The translations under genes and the position numbers were made by a program. The notes beneath the pieces are model-generated. The model searched no databases and had not been told where the DNA came from. It worked only from the letters and a program-made list of their open reading frames with translations. A DNA stretch of 64,000 nucleotides from an uncultured Bacillota bacterium. GTDB lineage: Bacteria; Sysuimicrobiota; Sysuimicrobiia; Sysuimicrobiales; Segetimicrobiaceae. Shown one piece after another: positions 63,695 through 64,000 of this stretch (position 1 is its first letter; every line of letters begins with the position of its first letter). Location of the stretch: positions 1,184,001 through 1,248,000 of the forward strand of contig CAWDRG010000009.1 of NCBI GenBank assembly GCA_963804645.1. The letters run 5' to 3'.

Positions 63695-64000
63695 CCGGAA
63701 TGCCTGAAGCGGGTGACGGCGGCCCCGCGGTCGAGCGCGTCCGCGCCGCGTGCGCCGCGCGGCAGCTGTCGGTTGAGATCATCGAATATCCCGCAGGCAC
63801 CCGCACCGCGGCGGACGCCGCGCGCGCGGTCGGCACCTCGGTCGCTCAGATCGTCAAATCCCTCGTGTTCCTCGCGGACGGCACACCGATCCTCGTGCTG
63901 GCATCGGGCGTGAATCGCGTCGATGTGGGGAAAGTGGCGCGGCTCGCCGGGGCGGCCCGCGTTGAGAAGGCCTCGGCGGAGGCCACCCGAGACGCGACGG
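63691..64000 (+). CDS. YbaK/EbsC aminoacyl-tRNA deacylase family; runs off the window
   Basis: Read manually: TRTAADAARAVGTSVAQIVKSLVF...LVLASGVNRVD; GTGA overlap with the cytochrome gene. Confidence 0.88.
   Translation, partial: MTGMPEAGDGGPAVERVRAACAARQLSVEIIEYPAGTRTAADAARAVGTSVAQIVKSLVFLADGTPILVLASGVNRVDVGKVARLAGAARVEKASAEATRDAT

Overview
A very GC-rich (roughly 70% by eye) bacterial chromosomal window, mostly housekeeping genes. Its synteny is Firmicutes/Terrabacteria-like: mfd-mazG-S4 protein-eno-slt-ftsB, tmk-darA-holB, and an archaeal-type proS with ybaK. This is compatible with an Armatimonadota/CSP1-3-like lineage, but that is inference only. I saw no rRNA, tRNA, CRISPR array or IS element. 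The strongest candidate for an undescribed system is a nitrogen-sensing RNA antitermination circuit. (1) The glnA 5' leader has a sigma70 promoter, then two hairpins with near-identical hexaloops (CGUGAC, CCUGAC). The second hairpin overlaps the 5' arm of an intrinsic terminator. This is ANTAR-target architecture, but with C instead of the canonical A at loop position 1. (2) About 5 kb away, an operon encodes an H+-pyrophosphatase, a soluble GAF-GAF HisKA_2 kinase whose first GAF resembles the glutamine/2-oxoglutarate-sensing PtsP GAF, and a REC-ANTAR regulator fused to a ~380-aa unknown (OB-fold-like) extension with a basic tail. Other notable items: an oxalate-oxidoreductase-like 2-oxoacid:ferredoxin oxidoreductase with an altered active-site loop under a FadR operator; a Ser/Ser DapF; an 11-bp-periodic repeat array next to a SARP/BTAD regulator; a 7-codon leader peptide plus terminator before an AAA-R3H gene; and three probable single-base indel errors (one in tmk, two in a fused ABC exporter).
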